This document shows, in pieces, positions 47,781-60,181 of a stretch of DNA of 64,000 nucleotides. The notes under the pieces were generated by a model that was not told where the DNA came from, ran no database searches, and saw only the letters and a program-made list of their open reading frames with translations. Numbering within the stretch: the first letter of the stretch is position 1; each line of letters starts with the position of its first letter. Location: assembly GCA_030704615.1 (NCBI GenBank), contig CM060731.1, positions 48,050,001-48,114,000 of the forward strand, read 5' to 3'. Source of the stretch: Takakia lepidozioides. Its lineage: Eukaryota; Plantae; Bryophyta. The position numbers and the translations under genes are program-made.

Positions 47781-49147
47781 TTTGGATCCGTTGTCAAATT
47801 AGATGGAGCTGAAAAGTTCAGTGAGTGACTACGCGATGAAAAAAACTACATGGGCTTGTTGCGATGTCTGAACCTACTTGAGCAGGAGATCGATCTGACC
47901 CATGGGGAAATCATCACACGTAAGAGTAGCAGGCCGAGAGTATAACTACACGCAAATAGATGACTGAGAGAATGGTGGAAATGGGGAACAGTGTGAAGAA
48001 CTTCGATAAACCAGGGATAACAGCCTCCACAAACCCAATCTGAGAAAGCTACACAACAAAAAAGCGGTGAAGAATGTACAGTCTAGCCTTCAGGTGCAGG
48101 AAAGCGGAGTACAGTCACGAGACAATGCATGAGGGTGAAGCAGACTGCTAGACTTGCACTATCATAAATTTCTCGTCTTTCTCAGAAGACGGTTCAGATC
48201 TTCTACCATGAGCATCGAACGGTCAGATTACTCGCACGTGGAGGCATGCGATGAGAGGACCATGAAGGCAAAGCAACGTGTCGACCTTTGGGAGCTTTGC
48301 CAAGTGGCGCTATGAGTAAAGGACAGGAAAGGGAAGGCACACCAACAGCTCATCCCGGCAGGACAGCAGTGCTGGTAAAATCCTTGGAGCTACAGTTCTG
48401 TGAACATGTTTGTCGCAGCTCAAATTTAGATCTGTCAATCAGAGCTTCCGCGCACCAGTCACACGAAGCTCGGGCAGTGGACAAGGATTCGCTGAGGTGT
48501 TGAGGTGGAGAAACTGTCTTGGAAACGGTCTGAGAACAGGGGATTTAGTGTGGCAGTTTCATTGGCGGCTGTTCTACTTAGACCACCGCCTTCAGTTTTT
48601 TCCTTGCAGAAAGTAGTTGATAAGATTGATGCCGCATCCAGTTGGGATCGTATGGGGGTACATTTGATGCTGTTGCTAAACATTGAAGTGATGTCAACAT
48701 GAGCAATACGACTGAAAAACCAGAAAGGATTTTGTACAGTATTAGGTGACCTTGAAGGTTCTGTGAAGTCTGAGTTCTAGTTCCCCTGCGTCTCCACATG
48801 CCTGTTGGGTCTCTCTCCCCTTCACGCCCGCACAGAATGATATGAATGTGTTGAAAATTTGCCAGTTCCATATATTCTTTACTACAGTTGAAACCATCAT
48901 GTACTAGTGGAACAGCTTGGCTGCTCCCTCTAAACTGTAAACCTCTGTTAGCCACCAGCCAAGTTTAGCGAAGCAATGGTGCTCCCATAAAAATACCCAA
49001 ACAGCGGTCCTCACCTGATACACAGACCAGGGTGCTGATGAACATCTACTCTGTAGCCAAATAACATCTTGCTGCATTGCGAAAGTTTGGGGCTTGCTGG
49101 AGCTGGGTCATTTCAACCAGGGAAAAGTCCCTACACTACCAATTGCG

Positions 49148-49496
49148 TGCTCCACTCTTCTCCTTTGCAGTTAGACCCCAGCAGAGAATATGGTAGCCAT
49201 GGTTCATTATCTTCATATTTTCTTGCATTGCACAGGTGTGAAGACCAGTGTAGCAGCAAATGAGGCGAGAGGGAAGTTTTTCATGACCAAAACTCACATC
49301 ACTCAATACTGATGCACTGACTCCCAAGATATGGATGCTCCACTCCTCTCCTTTGCAGTTAGAAACCCCAGTAGAGAATATTTGGGTAGCCATGGTTCAT
49401 GATCTTCAATTTTCTTGCATTGCACAGGTCTGACGACCAGTGTAGCAGCAAAATAGGCAGAGAGGGACCCATCACTCAATACTTTTGCACTGACTC
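49148..49496. repeat. 2 x about 188-bp tandem duplication
   Basis: TGCTCCACTC..CTTTGCAGTTAGA..GTAGCCATGGTTCAT..GACCAGTGTAGCAGCAAA..CATCACTCAATACT occurs twice. Confidence 0.85.
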
Positions 49497-50509
49497 ATGG
49501 AGGACCCAGACATCACCCAGACATCAGACAGGATAGTCACAAGCATGCGAGAGAAAGTTAAGGACATTGCAGGACAATCTGTGCAACATTATACATATAA
49601 TCTCTTTCCATGTTGCCTGTGATGACCACCATAACCCTTTGCCTGTTTGGCGCACTGTAAATCTCAATCTTTACAAAGCCCCATTTTCATGGGGGACACC
49701 AGAGACATGAGTGAGGGAGACAGAGACCACATGCACCCAGCAACAATGCAAAGGAAGCCATGGTTCATAAAGACAGTTTCTTAACATTTTGGGGAAGTGG
49801 CGAAGTTCTCAGCCACCTTATAGAATGACTTGTCTCTCCCTCTCCCTTCTATCAATCTGTCGTTCTTCGCTGTTTTGCATCTGTTGGAGGCCCTATTGTG
49901 ATTCACTCCTGTAAAAGGTGAAATTGGAACATAGCCAAGGATTTCGACTGGGCTGACATGCTGTTGCAGATGCACGTCCATTTGACCAGGCTGCACAACG
50001 CCTTTCATGGCTCATCCAGTCACCAAATTTGGTTAAGAAATATAGATTCTTTTATATGAGCCACTAACCAAGGCTCTCTGTGGAATTAAACATCATGTGT
50101 CGACCTCTCTAACAATGGTAGTGCCACGTGCCTCTGCGGTGACAAGCCAGGTGCATGGTGAGGGTGTGACGGTACAGACCCTCATCTTCTCTCCCCCATT
50201 TTCTCTCTAGCCTCCCTCCCTTGCACCTGCATACATACAGATCCTCATGCAACCTCACCCTACTTTAGATGGAGAGTCTGAGTTTGGTACAAGCAGAGAC
50301 AAATGGTGTAGTATGGGTTGCAAGGAGAGTCCCAAGGGATGTAAGTATTACAATTTAAATACCCACTGAAATATAAACCGTAGAAGCACATAAATCGGAG
50401 AACTACTAAACGTTGTATAGAGCCAGTGTCTGATGCTGTACCTGCCAGGCACTGGGGCAGACCAGGACGAGAGAGAGCATAGAGTATAGGGAATGTGTTT
50501 CTAATTTGC

Positions 50510-50992
50510 AGAGTGTTCCATGGCAGCTAGGTGGCATCCTATCTGCCTCCACCTTATTCAGCCCCAATGATCCTGATGGTTTTCCAGGCACCCATCCGAG
50601 ATGCTGTGTATAATTACGTGGCAAAGCGATGGTATGAATGGTTTGGCAGGTACTCTGAGTGCATTGTGCTAGATGAAGAGGTGTGGGATCGTTTTGTCGA
50701 CAAAAGAGAGCTACAGGAACTGGCATTGCAAGATGAATCTGAAAGAGGAGGAAGGTTGAACCACGGCAAAGAAGTCAAAGTAACAATCAACACCTATCAG
50801 GCAGATTCTTACACGCCACTCTTTTCTGTCCACTGGCTGCCTGAGTTGGGGCCAGACATCCTTTTGGAGCAGCTTGTGGCAAACATATTGTCACTGCAAA
50901 CCACCACTGTGCGACTTTTGCATCCACGCCCTGTCCTGGGACTTGAACCTTTTTGGTCCACAGACGAGTTAATAACTTGGTGTGATTGTTAA
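50510..50992 (+). pseudogene. DCC-family (DUF393) thiol-disulfide oxidoreductase, last-exon remnant
   Basis: VASYLPPPYSA..PIRDAVYNYVAKRWYEWFGRYSECIVL..WDRFVDKREL resembles plant DCC C-termini. An acceptor lies at about 50510; the upstream DxxCxxC exon was not found. Confidence 0.7.
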
Positions 50993-52774
50993 CATTCAGC
51001 CAAGGCCATGATCCAGCATTTAAACACACATTAAAGAAAGTGGTCGAAGTCTTAAGGATGTTTCCAAGCACTGGGCTCTCCCACCAGTTTCTTGAGAATG
51101 GAATGTATAGGACTTCAATTACTACTTTCACCTGAGTTTATGATAAACCCTGCATGTCCATGGACAGGCTGGACAAGATAGTTTCCTTTGTTCACTCGGA
51201 GATATTACGATGACTGTTACATTCGCCGACTTGCAGACCCTGGTTTTGGGGCTGTTGAGGTTGATTTTCACCTGTCAAGCAGTGGTTGCAACAGAACGTA
51301 GAGGGTACACAGCTGCTATTGCACCTGACCAACCTCCCCACTGCAGTCCCGCCAAGGCTCCTCAGCTAATATTTGCCAGACACCTATGCTGTGGTATTTC
51401 AATCAGCCTGCACTCAGCCAGTTAAGGGTTGGGTGACCCACGGCGTAAAATCGCTCTGTCACAACCCCCAACTCACTTATACATGCACTTATGTAAAGCA
51501 CATTTTCCCTTTTCAGCAGAGCAATACCTATTGCACTGCAGCCAGAGTATGTAAGTGCCCTGCCTGACACAGTGTCTTATAATCTAGCAGTTGGCAACTA
51601 GCACCCGCTACATGAATCATCTATGCAACCAAGAATCATGACCCTTACACATCATGGGGATGTAGTTCTCCTCATGAAAACATGTTGCCTAAAACATGAC
51701 CACTGGGGGATAAGAGCGACCCTAGGAAAAAGTAGGTAAGGTCTGCTGAATAGTGCATCTGTGGTATCCACTTCCATAAGGGCCAGTAACTTTCACAAAA
51801 ACTAGTCCATGCACATAAGATAATGAAGCCCTATAATGTATGATTACTGTACAACCCACAAACACCTGCAGAGTCAAGTCGAAATCCAGGACTGCAAGTG
51901 GTGATAAGTAATGTATTAACCAATTCACATTTACAGATAAAAATCGAAATGGCAACAAAAATGTCTCAATTCAAATCTGTCATCACACACTGGCCTTCTT
52001 TTGTTCCAAAAGGTTTTAATCTGTTAAGAATCCTACCTCCTACAAAACCTCATCTCATCAACCCTTCCTTCCAGGGTCAGACCAGCACTGCACCAGGCTT
52101 CAATTGGAAGCAGCCACATTTGTCTCCAGAGATAAGGAGTCCAAGGAGCTCACTAATCATAGCTACTGGAATATGCTACTCACAGAGCAGTCAGAATATG
52201 TCTGTGGTAAGAGAAGAGATTGTTTTGGCAAATAATTGACCCAAGTGATACCAAAATCCCTTACTCTTAGAGTGGGAAAGGATAGCATCAACACTATCAT
52301 GTGGAGACCTCCCCTGATGTGCAGACGGCTGCTAAACAATCCCCAAGGTTCAACATCATTGCAGGGAGACTGTCAAGGAGCGCCGCGGGGTATATCTGCA
52401 GCTCCAAGCCAGTTTGGAATGACGTGGCAATGTCCTTATTGGTAATATAACCCCAGGGCAGTGGCCCAATCTCCAAACCCAAGTCCCACCATTTTAGCAA
52501 TTCACCCTTGATTTCATGGAAAGGAATCTTTAACTGATAAATGTCGCTAATTGTTCGCAAAAGTCGTCATTGTGCATCAAATAGCTCGGCTCACGCTTCC
52601 AATAGTACTCTGCGTTGTCCATAAAGTGCAGGTAGAGGCTTACCAGACGCCACTCGCCTAACCCTTCCTTGCATATCAAGTGCCTCTTCTCAAATAGAAT
52701 GCAGGCCAACTCCATACCCTCTGTGCCAATACATACAACTTCCTGTTAATTAGAACGAAAACGGAAACCGGCTG

Positions 52775-53570
52775 CAAGTTGAGTAAGGAAATGGAGCCAA
52801 AATCTCCGAGTGAGATTGAGGAAATGGCTAAGGTTCCGTATCAGCAAGCCATGGGATCTCTGATGTATGCAATGATTGGCACCAGGCTAGACATTGCCTG
52901 TTCAGTCGGAGTGCTTAGTAAGTTCATGCACAACCCAGGACCTCAGCATTGGAAAGCACTCAAGAGGGTGATTAGATATATGAAAGGGACTGCGGATACA
53001 TGTCTAACTTACAACGAGCAGGACACTGGAGCATCACTAGAAGGATACAGTGATGCAGATTGGGCAGGAGACACAGATGAGAGGAGATCCATATCTGCCT
53101 ACTGCTGTGTAACGAGTCGAGGTGCTGTGAGCTGGAGCAGCAAAAGACGGCACACCACTGCTCTGTCCTCGACTGAGTCAGAGTATATGACTCTAACTCA
53201 TGCGGCTAAAGAAGCCATTTGGATTCGAAGGCTTCTTGGTGAACTTGGCTTCAGTCAAGAACAGCCAACGAAAATGCATGCTGATAACAGGAGCAGCATT
53301 GAGCTCAGCAAGAATCCTGTTTATCATGCCCGGACCAAGCACATAGATATCAAACATCGTTTCATTAGAGAGAAAAGATTGGTTTGGAGATTGAGTTGGT
53401 TTTCTGTAATCTGAGGACATGGCAGCTGATGCACTCACAAAGGCTCTATCTAAAGAAAGGCATTCTAGATGCATGGAACTGATTGGGTTAAGCCTCCATC
53501 TTCGCTGAGTGGGAGTGTTACAAGTCAGCTCAGGTTTAGTTAGGTAGGGTTCTGTTAAGCTTGGCCATCG
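52775..53570 (+). mobile_element. Ty1/copia RT-end and RNase H fragment with PPT and start of 3' LTR
   Basis: Encodes YQQAMGSLMYAM..TRLDI, GYSDADWAGD, SWSSKR, ALSSTESEY, DNRSSI and HARTKHIDIK. A PPT-like GAGTGGGAG is followed by TGTTA (about 53507-53520). Confidence 0.92.
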
Positions 53571-54125
53571 TGCTTCCACAATTTCAGAAGAACTCATGGG
53601 AGCGTTGTAAGCCTTTGAAATAAACTCCAGTTTATCAAGGCTGTCTTGAACCATAGGAACAGCTTTTCCAACTGTGTCCTTCCATACTTCATCGGAACCC
53701 CTCATTGTTAGACCTAGAAATTCTGCCAAGGGTACTGTAGTGAATTTCAAAGGTTTCGACAATGTCAAACGTTGAAGTCACCACTGCACCCTTAGTAGTC
53801 CTCGGCGCTTGTACTTGCTGACAGTTTTTTCGGCTTGTACAAACGTTGAAGGCCAACCAGAATCTCTTGTCATACCACCCTGGCGGTTGGAGTTTATGTC
53901 ACTGTATAGCTTGTCCCAGTATAATTTCTTCTGAGACCTAACAAGCTTATTGATATCTCTGCGGATCCGGTAGTACTTAGCCCACAATTCTTTGTTGGTT
54001 TTCAAATTGCAACACTCTTTAAAGAGGACCCGTCTCTCAGCTATCTTGAGCTTAATGTCATTGGTCCACCAATTAACAGCTCTACCGCATACAATTACTT
54101 TCCTCCCAATGATCTTGTCAGCCAA
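53571..54125 (-). mobile_element. Internal LINE family A fragment (APE-RT linker, diverged subfamily)
   Basis: ADKIIGRKVIVCGRAVNWWTNDIK..KKLYWDKLY matches 41570-42120. Confidence 0.88.
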
Positions 54126-54614
54126 GAATTACTTGTGGGCGGTACCAAGGCCAATAGCCGAGTGTTGAGATCCATCCGCTTGACCGTGTCCTCCAGCCCT
54201 GTTGAGTGGCATATTTGGTTTCTTCCAAAAATCAAGGCAGCTGCCTCCTCTGCAAACACAAGTAGTATTGAGAATCCTATTCAATCTCTGTCCTATACCT
54301 GCAGGTCTGGAGGCTCTGAGAAAGGGCAACAAGTTCATTCATGCTTGGTTCTTCCAGTTAGTGCACTTACCCTGAAATCTCTTGCAATCTTGAAGACTCA
54401 CTGGAAGCAACTTCTTCAAAAGTTTGAAGCGCTCCACAGGAGGGATCTTTTCCCTACTAAGGGAGGCAATCAGGTACCCGTACCAGCACAAGATTAGCTT
54501 AAGCAGTTCGCAAGATAGGATCCTAAGAAGCCACCTAGCAAACTCTCTTTGCACCAGCATGAGGGTTTCGTTCTCTCGATTTAGCTTATGTGTCTCTCGT
54601 CGTAGCCCGTAACC

Positions 54615-54770
54615 TTGGAAGCCTCTCTCTTCTCCCACTCTCTACCAATCTATGAGTCGTCAATCTTTGCCTTCTCTCACTCTCTACCATAGAGTATGGT
54701 AGAGAGTGAGAGAAGGCAAAGATTGACGACTCATAGATTGGTAGAGAGTGGGAGAGAGAGAGGCTTCCAA
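54615..54770. repeat. Near-perfect 156-bp palindrome (about 77-bp arms, 3-nt loop GAG)
   Basis: TTGGAAGCCTCTCTCT...CTCTACCATA-GAG-TATGGTAGAG...AGAGAGGCTTCCAA; one indel seen. Confidence 0.95.
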
Positions 54771-55179
54771 TCTCCGCATCAAACACTCCTCCCGGGATGC
54801 CCCTCGCCATGGCTAGCTGCTTCGCTCGCTTCTATGATAGAAAAGAGAGAAAAAGAAAAGTGAAAAGTGCCCCGTAGAAGGCACGTGGCGAGAGGAGGGT
54901 GTGGAGTGTCTTGGAGCGGGGAGCTATCCGCGAGTGCGCTGTGGGGCAGAGTTTTGAGGGCGATGGCGGGGGCGCGAGTGGGGGCGGGATAAGGGTGCGG
55001 CAGCGTGCGGGGCATGGAGCCCCAAGCGCCCGCATCGCTGCGGCAGACTGCTGCGGGCTTTCTTGTGTTGGGAGACAATGCTGTGCGCTGTTCAGCCATG
55101 TCTGCGCAGCCGCCGCTGCGCTTGGTTCATCATTCCCAGCCGTGAGTGTTGAGAGTGATATTTCATATGTACAAAGGCG

Positions 55180-58131
55180 ACTGATGATGGCATTTTGTGT
55201 ACGGTACCCTTGCACGAAATTGCTTGTTACATGGGTCTCAATTTGGGAATGATCAATATCAAGCACTTTGCAGATGGCGAGATTTATGTGCAATTGAGTG
55301 TGCGGGGGTGTGATGTGGTCTTAGTGCAACCCACATGTCCTCCTGCAAACGAGAATCTGATGGAGCTGCTTATCATGATTGATGCATGCCGTCGTGCATC
55401 TGCAAAGACCATCACAGCTGTGATCCCGTACTTTGGCTATGCCCGAGCAGATCGAAAAGTAAGCTTGCCAACTTGATATCGAAGATAAAAAATCAAGATA
55501 GGAGACAAAGTGATGGTTGTAAAGGCATGTAGTGTCTGTCTAACAGAATTATTCTTGCCAAGTGGAGGAAAGATAAGGGAGTGTGTGGAGCTTTGGTGTG
55601 AGAGTGCTGACACAGATAATCAATACCCACTTCTACATTTGTTTTGATTGTCGGTGCGGAAGAAGGATGTAGTAAAGGCAAGAAGAAAATATTTGTGCTT
55701 TGTTTTTGGCCTTTGTGTTTCCTTTGCATGCCAGTACCTACCATATTCGGAACTAAGCTTGCTTTTTCGCATTTGTGTTTCCTTCCCATGCCAGTTCCTA
55801 CCTATTGAGAACTAAGCTTGCCTTTTCTTTAATTCGCTTATTACTGGGTGGAGCATCAGTAAAGAGGCCATTAATGGCATGGAACTGCGTTTGTTTCATA
55901 TGACAGACACAAGGTCGAGAATCAATTGCTGCAAAACTGGTAGCCAACTTGATCACAGAAGCCGGAGCAAATCGTGTGCTTACTTGTGACCTGCATTCAG
56001 GACAGTCCATGGGCTACTTCGACATCCCTGTCGACCATGTGTATGGGCAGGTCAGTTGAAGCATCAATCTGTTTGATTGTCACCTGGCAATGTTTTTGGC
56101 CTTCTCTATTCCTCATGTCTTCCTTGTGGTCAATGGCCACAAGGCTACTGCAAACAACGTCTTATGAGTACATCTATTCCTCATGTCTTCCTCCACACCA
56201 AATTGTTTCCTTAGACAGACTGACTATGCATGCTTGCCAGCCATTATTCAGGAGTAGCTTTGCTTTAATACCTGTTTTGCACAATGCTTGGACAGCAAGC
56301 TCAAAGTTAGCAACCCTGAAAAGAGAAATATTCAACCTTAACCGGAGGTTCAACCCACATCAAATTGGGTGGATGAGTCACGTTTGTTCCCCAATTTGCA
56401 CGCTGTGTAGACCTTTGACTGTGTTCAAGTCAACTTGCATGTGTTTCCGACTTTAGAGGACGTGGACGCTTTTTTAAATCTATTGAGGCATTGCTTTAAT
56501 GGAAAAGACCAGAGGAGCAAGACATTGCTAGTGTCGATTGACCCAACAATCCTTCTGGAAGGCTGGCTTCTGAGTTGTCTTGGGCCTAGGTTTTCACTGC
56601 ATGTTTCTTTACTTGAGCCCATCTGTAAGGGGTTGTTCTCCCGTTTCTTTCCAGCCTGTGATTCTTGACTACCTGGCAAGCAAGATGATTTCATCAAATG
56701 ACTTGGTAGTGGTGTCTCCTGACGTGGGGGGAGTGACTCGAGCACGTGCATTTGCCAAAAAGCTGTCAGATGCACCACTTGCTATTGTGGATAAAAGGAG
56801 GCATGGCCACAATGTCTCTGAGGTACTATTCCAGTGACCCTCATATTGCAAGCATCTATCGCTATCATGTCAAAGACTGGCTTGCTGATGGTGTTCTGAT
56901 TTGAGGGGCAAAATTGGAGGAGAATAGAGATGTGTGCATTAGGGTGTAAGGAGATCGAGGGGAACTTTACATGAGGAACATAGGGCAAATTGCCAGAGGC
57001 ACAAGGATAAGGGCAAAGTGGGTTATATTAGCTAATTAGCTAACCCGAGTAGTGACATAAAGCTTTGCTTCCATTCAAGAGCTGAAAACAATGACAAATG
57101 ATGAGGGAGTGTGTACTTGCAGGTGATGAACTTGATAGGTGATGTGAAAGGCAAGGTGGCTGTAATGGTGGACGATATGATTGATACTGCGGGTGTACTT
57201 CTGTGTGGCTCACATCATTGCTGTTAATAGTTGCCTGGTGCAGCTGTCATCTGAAAGTTGGCAAGGTACATGTCTGTTGGTGATGCTACAAGTTTGCATC
57301 CACTAGATTACATCTGCAGATTAGACTACTCATGGAGTGCACTTATATTCAATTGGTCATTGGTGCTGTAGGTATCATTGCTAACGGGGCTGCGCATCTT
57401 CATGCTCAAGGAGCCCGAGAAGTGTACGCGTGCTCTACCCACGCTGTCTTTAGGTGACTCCATCCTCTTTAAATTCTTTTTTGGGTACCAATCCTTTTCT
57501 TTTTGCTCCATGATATGGGATTGAGAATGGAGTCCTTAGAATGAGATTGTGGGGCCGGGCTCAGGTCTAAAGGTGGGGAGGCAGGCTCAAGCACTGCAAT
57601 TCGTTTTGATGGCTTATCACTGCAGTGGGGCGTATCCTTCGGGATCAAGATCTCTTCTGATCTTCTAGGGTTTCCCAGGATAATGTACTCCTAGGACATT
57701 GTTTGTCATAGCCTAATCCTTTTAGAGAAACAGAGTGCACTCACAAGACATTATTTGCCTCAGCTTTAGAGAGACAGACACTTTGTACCACTCAAGTCCC
57801 CAGCAATGACTTGTTCATCAATAACTCCCCTGGCCCAGCAAGGGTATTTAAAACGCAGGGTAAGTTGACACAGAGTTGAGGACAGGGAGGGCAGGGAAGA
57901 GTAATACATAAGCGAGGTGTAGCGGGGAAAAAACAACTTGTGATCTGAAAATTCTGTATTGTGCTTGATCTGCAGCCCACCAGCGATTGAGCGACTATCA
58001 GGAGGGCTGTTTCAGGAAGTGAAGGAAGAGAACTACTTTCCACAGTTGACAGTGTTGTCCGGGGCAACCTTCTTGGAGAAACCATCTGGCGGGTCCACGA
58101 TGACGGCTCTGTGAGTAGCATATTCCAGTAG
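55180..58131 (+). pseudogene. PRS: Class I ribose-phosphate pyrophosphokinase (PRPP synthetase), spliced, with lesions
   Basis: Exons end at 55458, then 55907-56050, 56655-56822, 57123-57192, 57372-57453, 57976-58131. Motifs are [35 protein letters not shown] and VDDMIDTAG. Lesions: corrupted N-terminal FSGTAN region, QE missing, the TNTIP segment deleted, and a frameshift before LLGETIWRVHDD. Confidence 0.9.
56125..56172 (+). mobile_element. 48-bp LINE family A 3'-terminal insertion with a 20-bp TSD
   Basis: Insert is TGTGGTCAATGGCCACAAGGCTACTGCAAACAACGTCTTATGAGTACA. TSD TCTATTCCTCATGTCTTCCT lies at 56105-56124 and 56173-56192. Confidence 0.92.
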
Positions 58132-59774
58132 CTATGACTAGTGAGCCCGTTGGACGGGATTCCTTAGATCTGGAGACAAATGTGGCTGCTTCCAATTGAA
58201 GCCTGGTGCAGTGCTGGTCTGACCCTGGAAGGAAGGGTTGGTGAGATGAGGGTTTGTAGGAGGTAGGATTCTTAACAGATTAAAGCCTTTTGGGACAAAA
58301 GAAGGCCAGTGTGTGATGACAGATTTGAATTAAGACTTTTTTGTTGCCATTACGATTTTGGATATCTGTAAATGTGAATTGGTTAATACATTACTTATCA
58401 CCACTTGCAGTCCTGGATTTCGACTTGACTCTGCAGGTGTCCGTGGATTGTACAGTAAATTGGTTCATATATTATAGGGCTTCATTATCTTATGTGCATT
58501 GACTAGTTTTTGTGTAAGTTACTAGCCCTTATGGAAGTGGATACCACATATGCAATATTCAGCAGACCTTACCTACTTTTTCCTAGGGTCGCTCTTATCC
58601 CCCAGTGGTCATGTTTTAGGCAACATGTTTTCATGAGGAGAACTACATCCCCATGATGTGTAAGGGTCATGATTCTTGGTTGCATAGAAGAAGGATTAGA
58701 AGAGGCATTTCTCCTGAAAGGATCAGATCAAGAGTGCAGAGGATGAGGATCATCCCTTCTGATGATGCTTCTGATTCATGTAGCGGGTGCTAGTTGCAGA
58801 TTATAAGACACTGTGTCAGGCAGGGCACTTACATACTCTGGCTGCAGTGCAATAGGTATTGCTCTGCTGAAAAGGGAAAATGTGCTTTACATAAGTGCAT
58901 GTATAAGTGAGTTGGGGATTGTGACAGAGCGATTTTACGCCGTGGGTCACCCAACCCTTAACTGGCTGAGTGCAGGCTGATTGAAATACCGCAGCATAGG
59001 TGTCTGGCAAATATTAGCTGAGGAGCCTTGGCGGGACTGCAGTGGGGAGGTTGGTCAGGTGCAATAGCAGCTGTGTACCCTCTACGTTCTGTTGCAACCA
59101 CTGCTTGACAGGTGAAAATCAACCTCAACAGCCCCAAAACCAGGGTCTGCAAGTCGGCGAATGTAACAGTCATCGTAATATCCCCGAGTGAACGAAGGTA
59201 ACTATCTTGTCCAGCCTCTCCATGGACATGCAGGGTTTATCAAACTCAGGTGAAAGTAGTAAATTGAAGTCCTATACATTCCATATTCTCAAGAAACTGG
59301 TGGGAGAGCCCAGTGCTTGGAAACATCCTTAAGACTTCGACCACTTTCTTTAATGTGTGTTTAAATGCTGGATCATGGCCTTGGCTCTGAATGTTAAAAA
59401 TCACACCAAGTTATTAACTCGTCTGTGGACCAAAAAGGTTCAAGTCCCAGGACAGGACGTGGATGCAAAAGTCGCACAGTGGTGGTTTGCAGTGACAATA
59501 TGTTGCCACAAGCTGCTCCAAAAGGATGTCTGGCCCCAACTCAGGCATGCCAGTGGACAGAAAAGAGTGGCGTGTAAGAATTTGCCTGATAGGTGTTGAT
59601 TGTTACTTTGACTTCTTTGCCGTGGTTCAACCTTCCTCCTCTTCAGATTCATCTTGCAATGCCAGTTCCTATAGCTCTCTTTTTGTCGACAAAACGATCC
59701 CACACCTCTTCATCTAGCACAATGCACTCAGAGTACCAGCCAAACCATTCATACCATCGCTTTGCCACGTAATC

Positions 59775-60181
59775 AGCTGATCGGCATTTGTTGTTCAAGT
59801 TTCCGGACGTGTAGGTACTCAAATGGGCCTAGAGCTCTTCTTGCCAATTGCTCCAATTGTGGTGTGTTATGGCTTGAAACATTTCTAACAACTAGTGTGA
59901 TCAAGCTATGGTGGCTTCCTGAGCTCTGAATTTTCTTAAGGGTTGCGATCTGGCCCCCAACAGATCTACAGTTGTTGTTCAAGTTTCCGGACGTTCAGGT
60001 ACTCCGATGGGCCTATCTCCTTGCCAATTGCTTCAATTGTGGTGTGCTATGGCTTGAAACATTTCTAACAACTAGTGTGATCAAGTTATTATGGCCTCTT
60101 GAGCTTTGAATCTCCTTAAGGGTTGTGATCTGGCCCCCAACGATCTGCACTTGTTGTTCAAGTTTCCGGACATTCAGGTAC
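59775..60181 (-). repeat. About 2.3 x 180-bp tandem repeat, possibly degenerate LRR-coding
   Basis: TTGTTGTTCAAGTTTCCGGAC occurs at about 59788, 59972 and 60151. Minus-strand peptides include SLITLVVRNV and FEYLHVRKLEQ. Confidence 0.6.

Larger units (their letters stand above)
50613..59773. repeat. About 1.6-kb inverted duplication (50613-52193 vs 58101-59773)
   Basis: The arms are directly reverse-complementary, with identical ORFs 51210-51425(+) and 58958-59173(-). The right arm carries an extra about 80 bp at 58690-58772. Confidence 0.95.

Noticed and set aside
48500-48700. Possible first exon of the DCC gene
   Set aside because: No DxxCxxC motif was recoverable in the frames read.
51210-51567. 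ORFs conserved between 51210-51567 and 58816-59173
   Set aside because: The identity is explained by the recent inverted duplication; no recognisable protein features.
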